A stretch of DNA of 63,490 bases, filler included, from Saprolegnia diclina VS20 (lineage: Eukaryota): assembly GCF_000281045.1 (NCBI RefSeq). It is 5 parts of 3 records of this genome, joined end to end, with 100 filler letters (N's around TTAATTAATTAA, not from the genome) between each part and the next. Parts side by side here need not be neighbours in the genome. Positions count along the whole stretch, not along the records: positions 21,296 to 26,565 come from NW_008246095.1; positions 26,666 to 42,095 come from NW_008246096.1; 3 more parts are not named here. One strand, given 5' to 3'. Made by a program: the position numbers and the translations under genes. Below, one piece after another: positions 23,087-34,258 of the stretch. Position 1 is the first letter of the stretch, and every line of letters begins with the position of its first letter. The notes beneath the pieces are model-generated. The model ran no database searches. It saw only the letters and a program-made list of their open reading frames with translations, and was not told the origin of the DNA.

Positions 23087-24277
23087 ACAAACGTGGAATG
23101 GCGGTCTACACGAACGTGTAAGATATACGCGAGCCGCCAGGAATCGAGACAAACCAGCTGTTTGTTGACAGCAGCTGGCAACGGCGCCGCGACAAAAACG
23201 TTCCGCGCCGGTATCAAGGCAGAGATGTGTAGGGCCAACACATCTCTCGCCAACACTATTGGCGAGTGTCCTACAAATTGTAGTACTATCAAGTGTGTCA
23301 GCCCAACCAGGAGCAAAGGCAGCCCTGCACTTACACGGTATGACGAGAATGCATCGCGTGGATTGGTCAACTGCAGCCGATTTGAGCTGTGGCGGGTTGC
23401 GATTGGTCAAAAATCCACTCGACGCGATCCGACAACACAGACTGGGTTGAATCGCACGGGATTGTTGTCCCGTGCGATACCCAGTTTATTTTCTGTTTGT
23501 GTAGAAATCAATACAGGACCGAATACCACCTGAGCAAAAAGCTACTTGAAGGTTGGTACAGCAAAGCAAGTGCGTTCTTTTCGTCGTCGTACTGGACCGA
23601 GGTTGTCGTCGATGGGCGTATGTTCATGCGACTTGACAAGTTGAACCCTGCGTTTCAAAAAGCGACCTTGTCGAAACCAACCGCCTTGACACCTTGCGAG
23701 GGCGTCGGTCTCGAGCGTCTTCGTCTCGATGAGGTTGAGCGCTGGGTTGTACTTCTTTCATTAACCATACGTATTGTTTCCTCGAGTTTTTGTCGAGTTT
23801 GGCTTGGCGTGTGGCGAGAAGCGCGTGCAAACGTCATATTTTGGCAGCAAGTCTTTCAGCGTAGATCACTGCAAGGTCCTCTAACAGTTCGTACGCGACG
23901 ATCCACGAAAAGTCGAGTGTCGAGATATTCACAACGACGTCCATCCTGTCTTTTAAGGTTTCCATATCCTGGCTGTTGACATCAAAATTCGATGCTGCGC
24001 CCAACGAGAAGCCGTCCGGGGCTGTCGGGATGTTTGTGCATTCAAAGCTCCTTGGCAGTGCTTGACGATTTTGGCCACATGACTGCTGACCAAGACGCAG
24101 ATATTCCTCACGTGTAGCCAAGCAGAGACGAGGTATTTTCGATGGCCAATCCACACCAGTCCAAAGATCGGAGAGATCGACCGCAGATCTGGCACCACCC
24201 ACAATGCGCGAAGAGAGGTTGCTTGAACGATAGCATTCAATCAATTTGGGTGCTATAGCATGGTTCTTTGTATCACG

Positions 24278-25333
24278 TTAGATGTAGTGCGCTGGCCGCG
24301 CGTCGATACTAGTACTGTGCTGGATGGTGTGTGTGTGGTCGGCACACAATTGACTCGTCACGCCCCGTGTGAGCGCCAACTGCTTGCAGCGCGGGTACGT
24401 GCACAGCCGCGGCTTGCGGTGCACGACGCACTCGCCACCGCCGCGCGCCGTCTTGGTGCATTCGGCGACATTGCACTTCTGCGTCCCGTTGTGTTTGGCG
24501 CACTTGCCGTTGCGCTGGACCATGGTCGTGCAGCCGTCGATTGTGCATTGGCTGCCGCCGCCGTGTCGTCGACAGAGACCCTTGCTCTGCGCGCTCTTGC
24601 TGCAATCTGGTATCGTACACCGACTGCCACCGCCGTGCGTCTTGCAGAGGCCTTGGCTCTGCGCGGTGCGCGGGCACCCGATGGTCTTGCACGGCTTGCC
24701 GCCGCCGTGCGCAATGCACTTGTTCTTGCCCTGGATTGTCTTGGTGCAGAGCGGCGTGATGCACATGCGCCGGTACCCGTGCTCCTTGCAGAGCCCTTTG
24801 TAGCTTAAGTACCGACTGCAGCTGGGTTCGAGACACATGCCGAGCTTCTCTTTGGCCGCAAACGACGACGGCGGCGCGTCCCTCTCCTCGTCTCGGCACT
24901 CGGGCGACGGGCGGCGCGCGTCGTGGCCACTGCCGGTACTGTCGACACTGGCATCGTCGGGCAGCATCGACGATGGCGCTGGAAAGTAGCAAGCGTCGTC
25001 GGCCGTGTACATGGTCGTGTTGTGGAGATGGGTCGGCGGCGGGTACATGGCCGGATACGGCGGTACATACGCTGGTGCGTACGGGAGGTAGCCGGGCGGC
25101 ATCGGCGGCATATAGTTGTAGTCGTAGGCGCCGCGCGCATCGTAGTCGTGGTAGGCGCCGGCGTACATGGGGTCGCGGGCGGCGTGTGGCCACTCGAACG
25201 CCGGCGCGTATGCCGTCGTCGGCGCCATGGGCCACAAGGCCGTGCTGTAGGCGGCGGCGTCGTCGTAGGTGCGCAGACGTCCATCGTCGTCGTCGTCGTC
25301 GTCGCCAGTAGCTAATACTTGCCTCTGTGTCAT
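24278..25333 (-). CDS. WRKY19-like Cys/His zinc-finger repeat protein with Pro/Tyr-rich N terminus
   Basis: CIAHGGGKPC, CKTHGGGSRC and CRRHGGGSQC repeats in a 351-aa ORF. Confidence 0.88.
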   Translation of the reverse strand: MTQRQVLATGDDDDDDDGRLRTYDDAAAYSTALWPMAPTTAYAPAFEWPHAARDPMYAGAYHDYDARGAYDYNYMPPMPPGYLPYAPAYVPPYPAMYPPPTHLHNTTMYTADDACYFPAPSSMLPDDASVDSTGSGHDARRPSPECRDEERDAPPSSFAAKEKLGMCLEPSCSRYLSYKGLCKEHGYRRMCITPLCTKTIQGKNKCIAHGGGKPCKTIGCPRTAQSQGLCKTHGGGSRCTIPDCSKSAQSKGLCRRHGGGSQCTIDGCTTMVQRNGKCAKHNGTQKCNVAECTKTARGGGECVVHRKPRLCTYPRCKQLALTRGVTSQLCADHTHTIQHSTSIDARPAHYI

Positions 25334-25427
25334 CTCGGGGATTGGCAGCTACGAATCCTGCTCAGCTGATGGTCCTGTAGAGATGGCATCGGCGCCAGCT
25401 GCCGCAACCCAAGCCGCGAATGAAATT

Positions 25428-26095
25428 GGCCCACGACATGCGTTTTGTATCGCATTTAAAGAAACGAGTGGGACAGATACGCCCCGCGGTAAACGTCGGA
25501 CAGGGCGCAGACTCACTCGGNNNNNNNNNNNNNNNNNNNNNNNNNNNNNNNNNNNNNNNNNNNNNNNNNNNNNNNNNNNNNNNNNNNNNNNNNNNNNNNN
25601 NNNNNNNNNNNNNNNNNNNNNNNNNNNNNNNNNNNNNNNNNNNNNNNNNNNNNNNNNNNNNNNNNNNNNNNNNNNNNNNNNNNNNNNNNNNNNNNNNNNN
25701 NNNNNNNNNNNNNNNNNNNNNNNNNNNNNNNNNNNNNNNNNNNNNNNNNNNNNNNNNNNNNNNNNNNNNNNNNNNNNNNNNNNNNNNNNNNNNNNNNNNN
25801 NNNNNNNNNNNNNNNNNNNNNNNNNNNNNNNNNNNNNNNNNNNNNNNNNNNNNNNNNNNNNNNNNNNNNNNNNNNNNNNNNNNNNNNNNNNNNNNNNNNN
25901 NNNNNNNNNNNNNNNNNNNNNNNNNNNNNNNNNNNNNNNNNNNNNNNNNNNNNNNNNNNNNNNNNNNNNNNNNNNNNNNNNNNNNNNNNNNNNNNNNNNN
26001 NNGGCCCACGACATGCGTTTTGTATCGCATTTAAAGAAACGAGTGGGACAGATACGCCCCGCGGTAAACGTCGGACAGGGCGCAGACTCACTCGG
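25428..26095. other. N gap flanked by an identical 93-bp sequence (probable unmerged contig overlap)
   Basis: 25428-25520 equals 26003-26095, and both abut the Ns. Confidence 0.85.
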
Positions 26096-26424
26096 AACGC
26101 ATTTTTTTAAACAAACAGCGAATTGGCGCGTCGGTCGGTGGACGCAGTTCGGCATTCTATGTCCTTATCGATTGATCGACGGCAAATAAGACGGCAATCA
26201 GAAATTATAAACACGGGCGTCGAGCGGGCAATATTTCGACCCGTCGTGACGCACCAGGCTGACTCGCCGCGGTGCCAGACAGGCCACGTGTCTCTGGACC
26301 AACGCGGCCCAATCATTGAGTCTCCCAACGTGGCTACCGTGTATATACGCCTTGGTTTCTGAAGCACTCACGTCGGCGCGTAGCGCACGGCGGCCGTATG
26401 TAGGCTGCCTGTCTTCTAGCGCAT

Positions 26425-26559
26425 CGATAGAAGGTCAACTTTCGAAAGACAAGGTGATAGTGGAGGCAGAATGCAACGATGGTGCGTCTTTCGAAGTTAA
26501 TCTTCTCTTTTTCTCGTCTTCGCTTTTAGTAGGCACGTTTGTTCGTTCCCCACAAGGTA
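26425..26559 (+). repeat. Dispersed direct repeat copy 2
   Basis: Homologous to 21794-21928. Ends next to the contig end. Confidence 0.85.
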
Positions 26560-27239
26560 TATTCGNNNNNNNNNNNNNNNNNNNNNNNNNNNNNNNNNNN
26601 NNNNNNNNNTTAATTAATTAANNNNNNNNNNNNNNNNNNNNNNNNNNNNNNNNNNNNNNNNNNNNACGAAGGCTGGCAAGATCATGGCCCCACGTCGTGT
26701 TCGAAGCAGATACATGTGGGGTGTCTCGGATACCGGCCGACATGACGGTCCCACTGTAGCGTCGCGTCCGTGTGCCCTGCTTCATTGCCATGATTTGCGT
26801 ATAGAAGCGACCGAGGGGATTTCCTTTGACTGACTAGAAGGGTCACATCGACCCTGCTCGTGGTTTCTTCATTCTGGCGACCAAGATCTTAGTTTCTTAT
26901 TGCATACTAGTACCTACGAGAGCACAACTCAGATCTTGATCGCAACCAAGATCTTGGAGGGAGATGGAGAAGCGGTGCTTGTTGCAGTTCCGTTGACGCC
27001 GATGAGATAGAACGTTCCACGTCGTGGATACATTGTACTGTGTACTCGGAGCCATACAAGTAGAAGGACTGCATCAGAAAGGCGAAACGGCCTCGTCAAC
27101 GGCGTTGCCACGTCATTTGGACAGGCGCGTCGACGTCTGCCAAAAAACCGACGCGCAGCCGAGGTCCACCAGCTGCCGAGGCGAGCGCAGCCGCGACGTG
27201 TCTCTGGCACATCATGGATGCCAGATCTTGTGTCAATGA

Positions 27240-28331
<1,092 letters not shown>

Positions 28332-28720
28332 GAAGCCACACGCCTTCGCAGCCGCGTACGATCGCAGTACGGTCTCGGCGCGCACACCCATCGACCACCA
28401 GTCTCCCATCCCACTACCGCCATATCTATTGACCGCGGGCGGAAGCGCACGCTCGCACTCTCTTTATTATTCTTCTTTAAATATACAACAACTCGTTTTG
28501 GCACCGAACTACGTGATGTCGTCAGGGAGTTGCCACGTCATTGCTCGTATGTTACGGCAAGGGCACCGTTGGTTTGGGCTACGGGGCACGTCGAAGGCTA
28601 GTGAAGCTCGCACATTGTACCGGAGATGGACGTGATACGCCGTATTGAGTTAGACCAAAAGGATAGCATTCCAAGCGAAACGCCTCCTGCACACTAGCGG
28701 TTTTGACCGAAGCGACATCG

Positions 28721-31700
28721 ATGGTCCACCAGTACCAGCTCATGCAGGCGCTTGGCGTTGTTCATGTGCTCGTGGCCATGTACTGCAGTGTCTGGTTTGT
28801 GGACCTCGTGACGCCGAGCTTGCAGAACGACCTCTTTTGGCCCGGGTTTGGCCCGTCGACGGCGCAGACGTATCTGCTCGACGTCTACCGGCGGCACTTG
28901 ACAACATCCGCCAGTGCCGCTTCCTCCCTCGACCTCTTGGATGCGCGCGAAGGGATCCTCAAGGTCTACGGTACGCCGACGACCGTGGGTTCTGTTCAGT
29001 CGACGTACGCTCGGTCGCTCGCGCTCGGCGCCTACACGTCGGTAGAAGACGCGGTCGTGGGCTTCCGGTCGCTTGACCCGAGCTACGCGTTTTCACTTGT
29101 GACGCTCTACTGCTGGGCCGACTTTGACCGGCGCTGGGCGCTGGCACATACGGCGGCGCGCCAAGCCCGGTGCGCTGCATTTATGCACGCCAATGGCGCC
29201 GTGTACCTCGAGTCGGTGTTGCGCAACGTGGCGTGGGCTCCGTGGGCGGCGCTGTACGGTGCGAGCTTTGACGCAGCCGTCGGCGACGGTATTCGTGCGT
29301 CAGCGGGCGGCGAAGCGTGGCTCGCGAGCCTCGAGAATGCGTTCACGTCCACTGACGACGAGGTTGCGTACTGGAGATCCAAGCACATTTCCAGGTACGA
29401 GCTGCAGTGGAGCAACATGGACGAGATTGGCATCCACGAATCGATTGGCGTTGTCAACATGCTCGGGTGGGCGCAAGCGTTGACAACTGCTGCGATCGCG
29501 TACGCGCCAAGAAGCTCGATGTGGACCTCGTTTGCACTCAACTGGGCGTTCTTTGACGATCTTTGGGCTGCCGCCATCACCAACAGCAGTCTTCTCCGCG
29601 GTGCATCCGACTACATTGGGGACGCTACGATCGAGTCTCTTTTGTTTGTGTACCCATATACGCCCGCGAGTCTTGTGTTGCACAACGAACTCGGGCCGTT
29701 CCAGTCCGTGGACCTCTTCTTGATTCCGCCGCCTACCGCTCTTGTGAACGCTGTCACTAGCTTCGACGCGCTCGTTGCCCGTGCGCTGCAAACGAACCGA
29801 AGTCTTCTCGACGCCTACAGGGCCGTGCCAGTACCGCTACTGGACCCTATTCCAGTCGCGTGGTCACCGTCTACTACAACGTTACGCTTTCTCGGGGGGA
29901 GTCCGCTGTGTGCCTATGGTCTCGGCACACCATTTGTGCAGCCGTCGTTTTCATTTGACGACACGTGCGGCGCCGAAGTGCCCAGTCGCTTGGCGCTAAC
30001 CGTGCCCCCCACGGTCTTTGCCGCTGCGATTTTGGCAAGCAACGAGGAGGACGTTGCCATCTGTCGTCCGTGCAGCATGGCCACGACCACGCTCTGTACA
30101 GTCGCAGCGCATGCAGCAAGCAACGTGGGTATAGCCGTGTTGACCGAAACGGTAGCGACGACCGACTTTTACTCGCGTGTACAGGCAGCAACAGACGCAG
30201 TCGCTTTGCTCCAAGTCGAAATCATCCAGTTTGCTATCGACACGAATGGCGCCACGTCTGTCTCGCGCAATTACCTTTTGGATAGAGACTGGACGTTCTT
30301 TGGTTGGGTCATGCTGCACGAGTGGGCACTCGGCTTCCGAGAAGTCGTCTCGTTCCAAGGGGACGTGCGCGCGTTGACGCTGCTTTCCGAGCGCGTCGAG
30401 CCACAGCCGTTTGCAGCAAGTGCTCTCGAAGTCCCAACGCCCACCGCTACGTACTTGCACTACGTCGTCTTGGCCACCACGAGCTGGCTGCTGTTTGTGA
30501 CGCTCTTGACGCTACTGTATTTTGCCTGCAGTGACGAGCACACTAACGTCCTTGCATTGCGGCATCTCTACCGCGTTGCGGGGCCTGTCTGGCTTGGGCG
30601 GCCAATTCTTCTGCTCCGTGCCGCCGCGGCCACCACCGTTCTTAGCACCGCATGCATCCGATTTGAATCGCAACCGCTCGGACGATTTGAGTTTGCACCG
30701 CGAGACCTTTGGACTGTTATCGTGCTCGCTGGCGAGGCGGCGTGGGGCACCATCGTCGTGTCGGACGTCCTACTCGTGCTGCCGTCCGCGCCAACTTGGT
30801 CAGGGCCTCTGAGTACGGGGCTGGTGTGGACTGCCATCGTACTTTTCGAGGTTTTGTCGCCGATTCGTATGACTGCGACGCTACACCGGGAGTGTTCGCG
30901 CGTCAACGTGAATGCACAGCTATCTTGTTCCGGGGGCAACGTCGTGATCGGGTCCGCTACCCGCGCGTGGCTCATCGCCGCCATCACCGTCGGTACCGTT
31001 GTGACTTGCAACGGTCTTGCGCGGGTCGTCAGCAATCATCGTAGCCGTGTAATCGCGCAACCTCCTGTGGACGTTGCGTGGCCTCTCGCTGCGGCGGCCG
31101 CGGCGCTTCTCGCGCCTGTCGGAGACATTTGGAGTATCGATGCGGTGACCGCGTGCACGAGTGGGCTTGTGCGCCTGCGTCTTGGGACGACGCATATTGT
31201 ATTCGATATCAAACTTTGGGTTGTCTTTGTGGCGCCGTCCGATGTGGGCCCCCCACTTCCTGTGGTGTGCCCCCCGCACGTCGATTTGAACGCTCTGTCG
31301 CCTGTTGTTGTCAAGAGAGGAAGCCTGCTGCGGTCGAAACTCATGGTGATTGTGGGACTTGTGTACGTTGTCGGGACGGCGGGCAGCAGCCTCTCGTACC
31401 TCCGGCTCTCGTCTGTGAACCTCGCCAACGATTTCTGGTGGGCGACCTTCAACACAACGGGCACGCACACGTTTATTGCTAATTGGTTCAACCGAAACGT
31501 GCAGGTGACGCCAGCGCTGTCACAAATGCGCTTGGACACGATGGCATTCGCCGACATGACGTCGTATGCGTCAACTAGCATGCCCCTCGTCGCCTTTTCG
31601 CCGCTCTACGCCCATCGCGTCCAATACGAAACCGGCGAGACCCTACCCCTCGTGATCCAAGGACTTCGGTCATTGGACGCTTGCGACGCACCATGGATTG

Positions 31701-34003
31701 CAACTGCCTACTGCTGGCTGGACTTGGACAGGCATGTTGAAATGGCCATGACATCTGCCCGTCAAGCGCGCTGCGCTGTGAAGCACCCGAGAAATGCCGC
31801 CGTGTACCTCGAAGCTCTCTTGCGCAATGTGCAGTGGGACCGCTTTCTATCGTGCTGGGGCCCGTCGTTTGAGAGAGGCATTGCTGTCGACGCTGTCTCG
31901 CTGCTTCCTGACGGCCACCGCTGGTTAACTTCCCTACCATTGTCAAACGATCGGTCGGTCCCGAGCGAAGTTGATCTCTGGACAAAAGGCTACGACCTCG
32001 CTTTCTACTTGCCCCAGTGGCAAAACTACAAGGATCTCGGGCTCACGGACGTCTTCTCGGTCGAGAACGCATTTGGCCTTTTCTATGACCTAACGCTGCA
32101 GTCGACGCGAGCGACAAGTCGCCTCGCCGCTGCGACATCACGCAAGATGTACTGGTCGTTTGCAAGTGACCTGTATGCCGTCAATGACAACAGCAGTGGG
32201 CTAGTTGGCTTCTCGCTCTTGCGGTCGAGTCCTCGGTTTGCATTCCAGAACCTCTCGGCCACTGCAGTGTATACGCAGAACGGCTCGGTCTTGCAAGCGC
32301 CGTTAAGTGCTGCGTATGTTGTCTTTGAATCCTGTATCGGGCCATTTGGCAGTGTCGATCTCTATCACATCGCACCGCCGCAGTCCCTCTTAACGCTGCA
32401 GCGCGATATTGGCGAGGCGCTGGCCATAGCGCTCACAACCCCCGACAGCATGTCTGCTGCGTTTCCCGCGCAAGAGAGCTACACAACGCTCGTGCTGCTC
32501 AATTCGCTCAGTCCCGTGCCCTTGTCACTCGACCGGACACTCTATCGCTGTGCTGGTGGCAACCTCTTTTGCAACGACCTTGCGTTCAACTTCAACTTGA
32601 CAAATGGCATGTCGCAGTTTACAGGCGTCCACGCCACGTGCAACACGGCGTTCAACGAGTGGATCTTTGTCTCGGTCGCCCAAGCCGTCTTTGCAGTGCT
32701 CTCGTCGGGCCTCGAGACCGACACCATTCCCATGGCATGTGCCCCCGAGGTGATTGCGCCGGTCGAGTGCCAAGCGAGTCTCCGCAGTGTCCATGCATTC
32801 ACGTCCACGTACCTTCCATCCACGTTTCGAGACCGCGCCAAAACGGTCGAGCGCGACGTTGTCTCGCTCGGTGTTGGTATCATGCAGTATGCCCAGCACG
32901 TGCCAACCCACGCGCTCTCGCTGTTTTTCGAACCGCTGTTTGCATCGCTCGACATGCACTACATGAGCTGGGCGCTCGCACACGACTGGGCTGTTGGGAT
33001 CCGTGAAGCCCTTGTCGTTACTGGTGACGTGGCTTCGCTAGCGATCCTCACCGCGCAGTCGAAGCCGGCCACGTTTTCCGCCAGTGCGATCGAACTGCCT
33101 CTGAACACCGCCACCTATGTACGAGGTTTTTGTCAGTACATTTCTGTCGTCCTCGTCGTCTTGGCCATCGTGATCAGCTTCTACACGGTCTCGACCATGG
33201 GTTCGGGTGAAGGCTGGAACCTGCTTGAAATCAACCGCGTCGGAGGCATGGTCTGGATCGGGCGCCCGCTTTTGCTTGTTCGAAGCATCTCGGCGCTTTG
33301 CATTCTGTCGACAGCGACGCTGGAGCTCGTGTCCCGTGGTGACGCGACCATTCTCGCCACGTCCCGCAGCGACGTCGCAGCGCCGATAGCCTTTCTCACC
33401 AGCGTCCTTGCCGCGAGCGAGCTCGGCTGGCTCGTATACATTTTCAATGACGTTGCAATGGTTATCACGCGTCAGTACACGGCCAGCTACACGATCAAGG
33501 CGGCGCTGCTGTGCATGCTTTTGGCCATTTTGCTGAGCGTCTTGTCACCGATAGCGCACAGCGTCACGATCGACCGCGTCTGTGTCTTTGTCGCGCTGGA
33601 CTTTACAATGCAATGCCACAGCGGCGTCGTCACCATTGGGTCACGGACGCGTCTCGTGACGCTGTCGGTCATTGCCGTCGGTGTCTCGACCGCCATGTTT
33701 GCGTTGGACCGCGCGCGATGTCGTCTTCCTTTGCCTCTCGAGAAGGACTCGTACTTGCTGTCGTCAGGCGCCAAGTACCTCTTTGAGAAAGAGGGCTGGG
33801 TCGTCCACGGCATCTACTGTCTCGACTATGCATCGGCAGCGCTATCGGGCCTCCTCGTGCTGCGCTACCGAAACGTGCGGTACATTTTCGACATCAAGAC
33901 GTGGCGACTGCTTGTGCTCACGGACGATGAAGTCGCACGCGTCATCAAGGACGGTGCAAACGTCTTGCAACACTATCAACACACACTGCCCCTCATCAAG
34001 TAA
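28721..34003 (+). CDS. Very large multi-pass membrane protein made of two homologous halves (unknown function)
   Basis: Intronless ORF of about 1760 aa with paired motifs: NDLFW/NDFWW, YCWADF...ARQARC...NGAVYLE/YCWLDL...ARQARC...NAAVYLE, VWLGRP/VWIGRP and FDIKLW/FDIKTW. Confidence 0.88.
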   Translation: MVHQYQLMQALGVVHVLVAMYCSVWFVDLVTPSLQNDLFWPGFGPSTAQTYLLDVYRRHLTTSASAASSLDLLDAREGILKVYGTPTTVGSVQSTYARSLALGAYTSVEDAVVGFRSLDPSYAFSLVTLYCWADFDRRWALAHTAARQARCAAFMHANGAVYLESVLRNVAWAPWAALYGASFDAAVGDGIRASAGGEAWLASLENAFTSTDDEVAYWRSKHISRYELQWSNMDEIGIHESIGVVNMLGWAQALTTAAIAYAPRSSMWTSFALNWAFFDDLWAAAITNSSLLRGASDYIGDATIESLLFVYPYTPASLVLHNELGPFQSVDLFLIPPPTALVNAVTSFDALVARALQTNRSLLDAYRAVPVPLLDPIPVAWSPSTTTLRFLGGSPLCAYGLGTPFVQPSFSFDDTCGAEVPSRLALTVPPTVFAAAILASNEEDVAICRPCSMATTTLCTVAAHAASNVGIAVLTETVATTDFYSRVQAATDAVALLQVEIIQFAIDTNGATSVSRNYLLDRDWTFFGWVMLHEWALGFREVVSFQGDVRALTLLSERVEPQPFAASALEVPTPTATYLHYVVLATTSWLLFVTLLTLLYFACSDEHTNVLALRHLYRVAGPVWLGRPILLLRAAAATTVLSTACIRFESQPLGRFEFAPRDLWTVIVLAGEAAWGTIVVSDVLLVLPSAPTWSGPLSTGLVWTAIVLFEVLSPIRMTATLHRECSRVNVNAQLSCSGGNVVIGSATRAWLIAAITVGTVVTCNGLARVVSNHRSRVIAQPPVDVAWPLAAAAAALLAPVGDIWSIDAVTACTSGLVRLRLGTTHIVFDIKLWVVFVAPSDVGPPLPVVCPPHVDLNALSPVVVKRGSLLRSKLMVIVGLVYVVGTAGSSLSYLRLSSVNLANDFWWATFNTTGTHTFIANWFNRNVQVTPALSQMRLDTMAFADMTSYASTSMPLVAFSPLYAHRVQYETGETLPLVIQGLRSLDACDAPWIATAYCWLDLDRHVEMAMTSARQARCAVKHPRNAAVYLEALLRNVQWDRFLSCWGPSFERGIAVDAVSLLPDGHRWLTSLPLSNDRSVPSEVDLWTKGYDLAFYLPQWQNYKDLGLTDVFSVENAFGLFYDLTLQSTRATSRLAAATSRKMYWSFASDLYAVNDNSSGLVGFSLLRSSPRFAFQNLSATAVYTQNGSVLQAPLSAAYVVFESCIGPFGSVDLYHIAPPQSLLTLQRDIGEALAIALTTPDSMSAAFPAQESYTTLVLLNSLSPVPLSLDRTLYRCAGGNLFCNDLAFNFNLTNGMSQFTGVHATCNTAFNEWIFVSVAQAVFAVLSSGLETDTIPMACAPEVIAPVECQASLRSVHAFTSTYLPSTFRDRAKTVERDVVSLGVGIMQYAQHVPTHALSLFFEPLFASLDMHYMSWALAHDWAVGIREALVVTGDVASLAILTAQSKPATFSASAIELPLNTATYVRGFCQYISVVLVVLAIVISFYTVSTMGSGEGWNLLEINRVGGMVWIGRPLLLVRSISALCILSTATLELVSRGDATILATSRSDVAAPIAFLTSVLAASELGWLVYIFNDVAMVITRQYTASYTIKAALLCMLLAILLSVLSPIAHSVTIDRVCVFVALDFTMQCHSGVVTIGSRTRLVTLSVIAVGVSTAMFALDRARCRLPLPLEKDSYLLSSGAKYLFEKEGWVVHGIYCLDYASAALSGLLVLRYRNVRYIFDIKTWRLLVLTDDEVARVIKDGANVLQHYQHTLPLIK

Positions 34004-34258
34004 ATCTAATATACTAGTAGTCCTCCATCACAAGTTAAATAGCACTTCTCTCTCGTTTAGTAAGACAAGAAATTAGCGTTCAACGAGCCTGTTCCACAGG
34101 TCATTTCTTCAATCGGTTCAAGCTGGCGAACGCTCGCCACGTATTCTGCGACTGATACCTTGATACCCGTCCACCGTCTCGCGCAGCAGTACATGCATTT
34201 CAAATCGCGTTGACGCGTTTGTAAATTAGGGTTTGCTGTTTGTGAAATCACTCTGCCA

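Noticed and set aside
23560..24244. Minus-strand ORF fragments between the zinc-finger genes
   Set aside because: Broken frames, weak codon bias and no motif I can assign.
25428..26095. 93-bp direct repeat flanking an N gap, resembling LTRs or a tandem array
   Set aside because: Both copies abut the gap exactly and are identical. This is best explained as an unmerged contig overlap.
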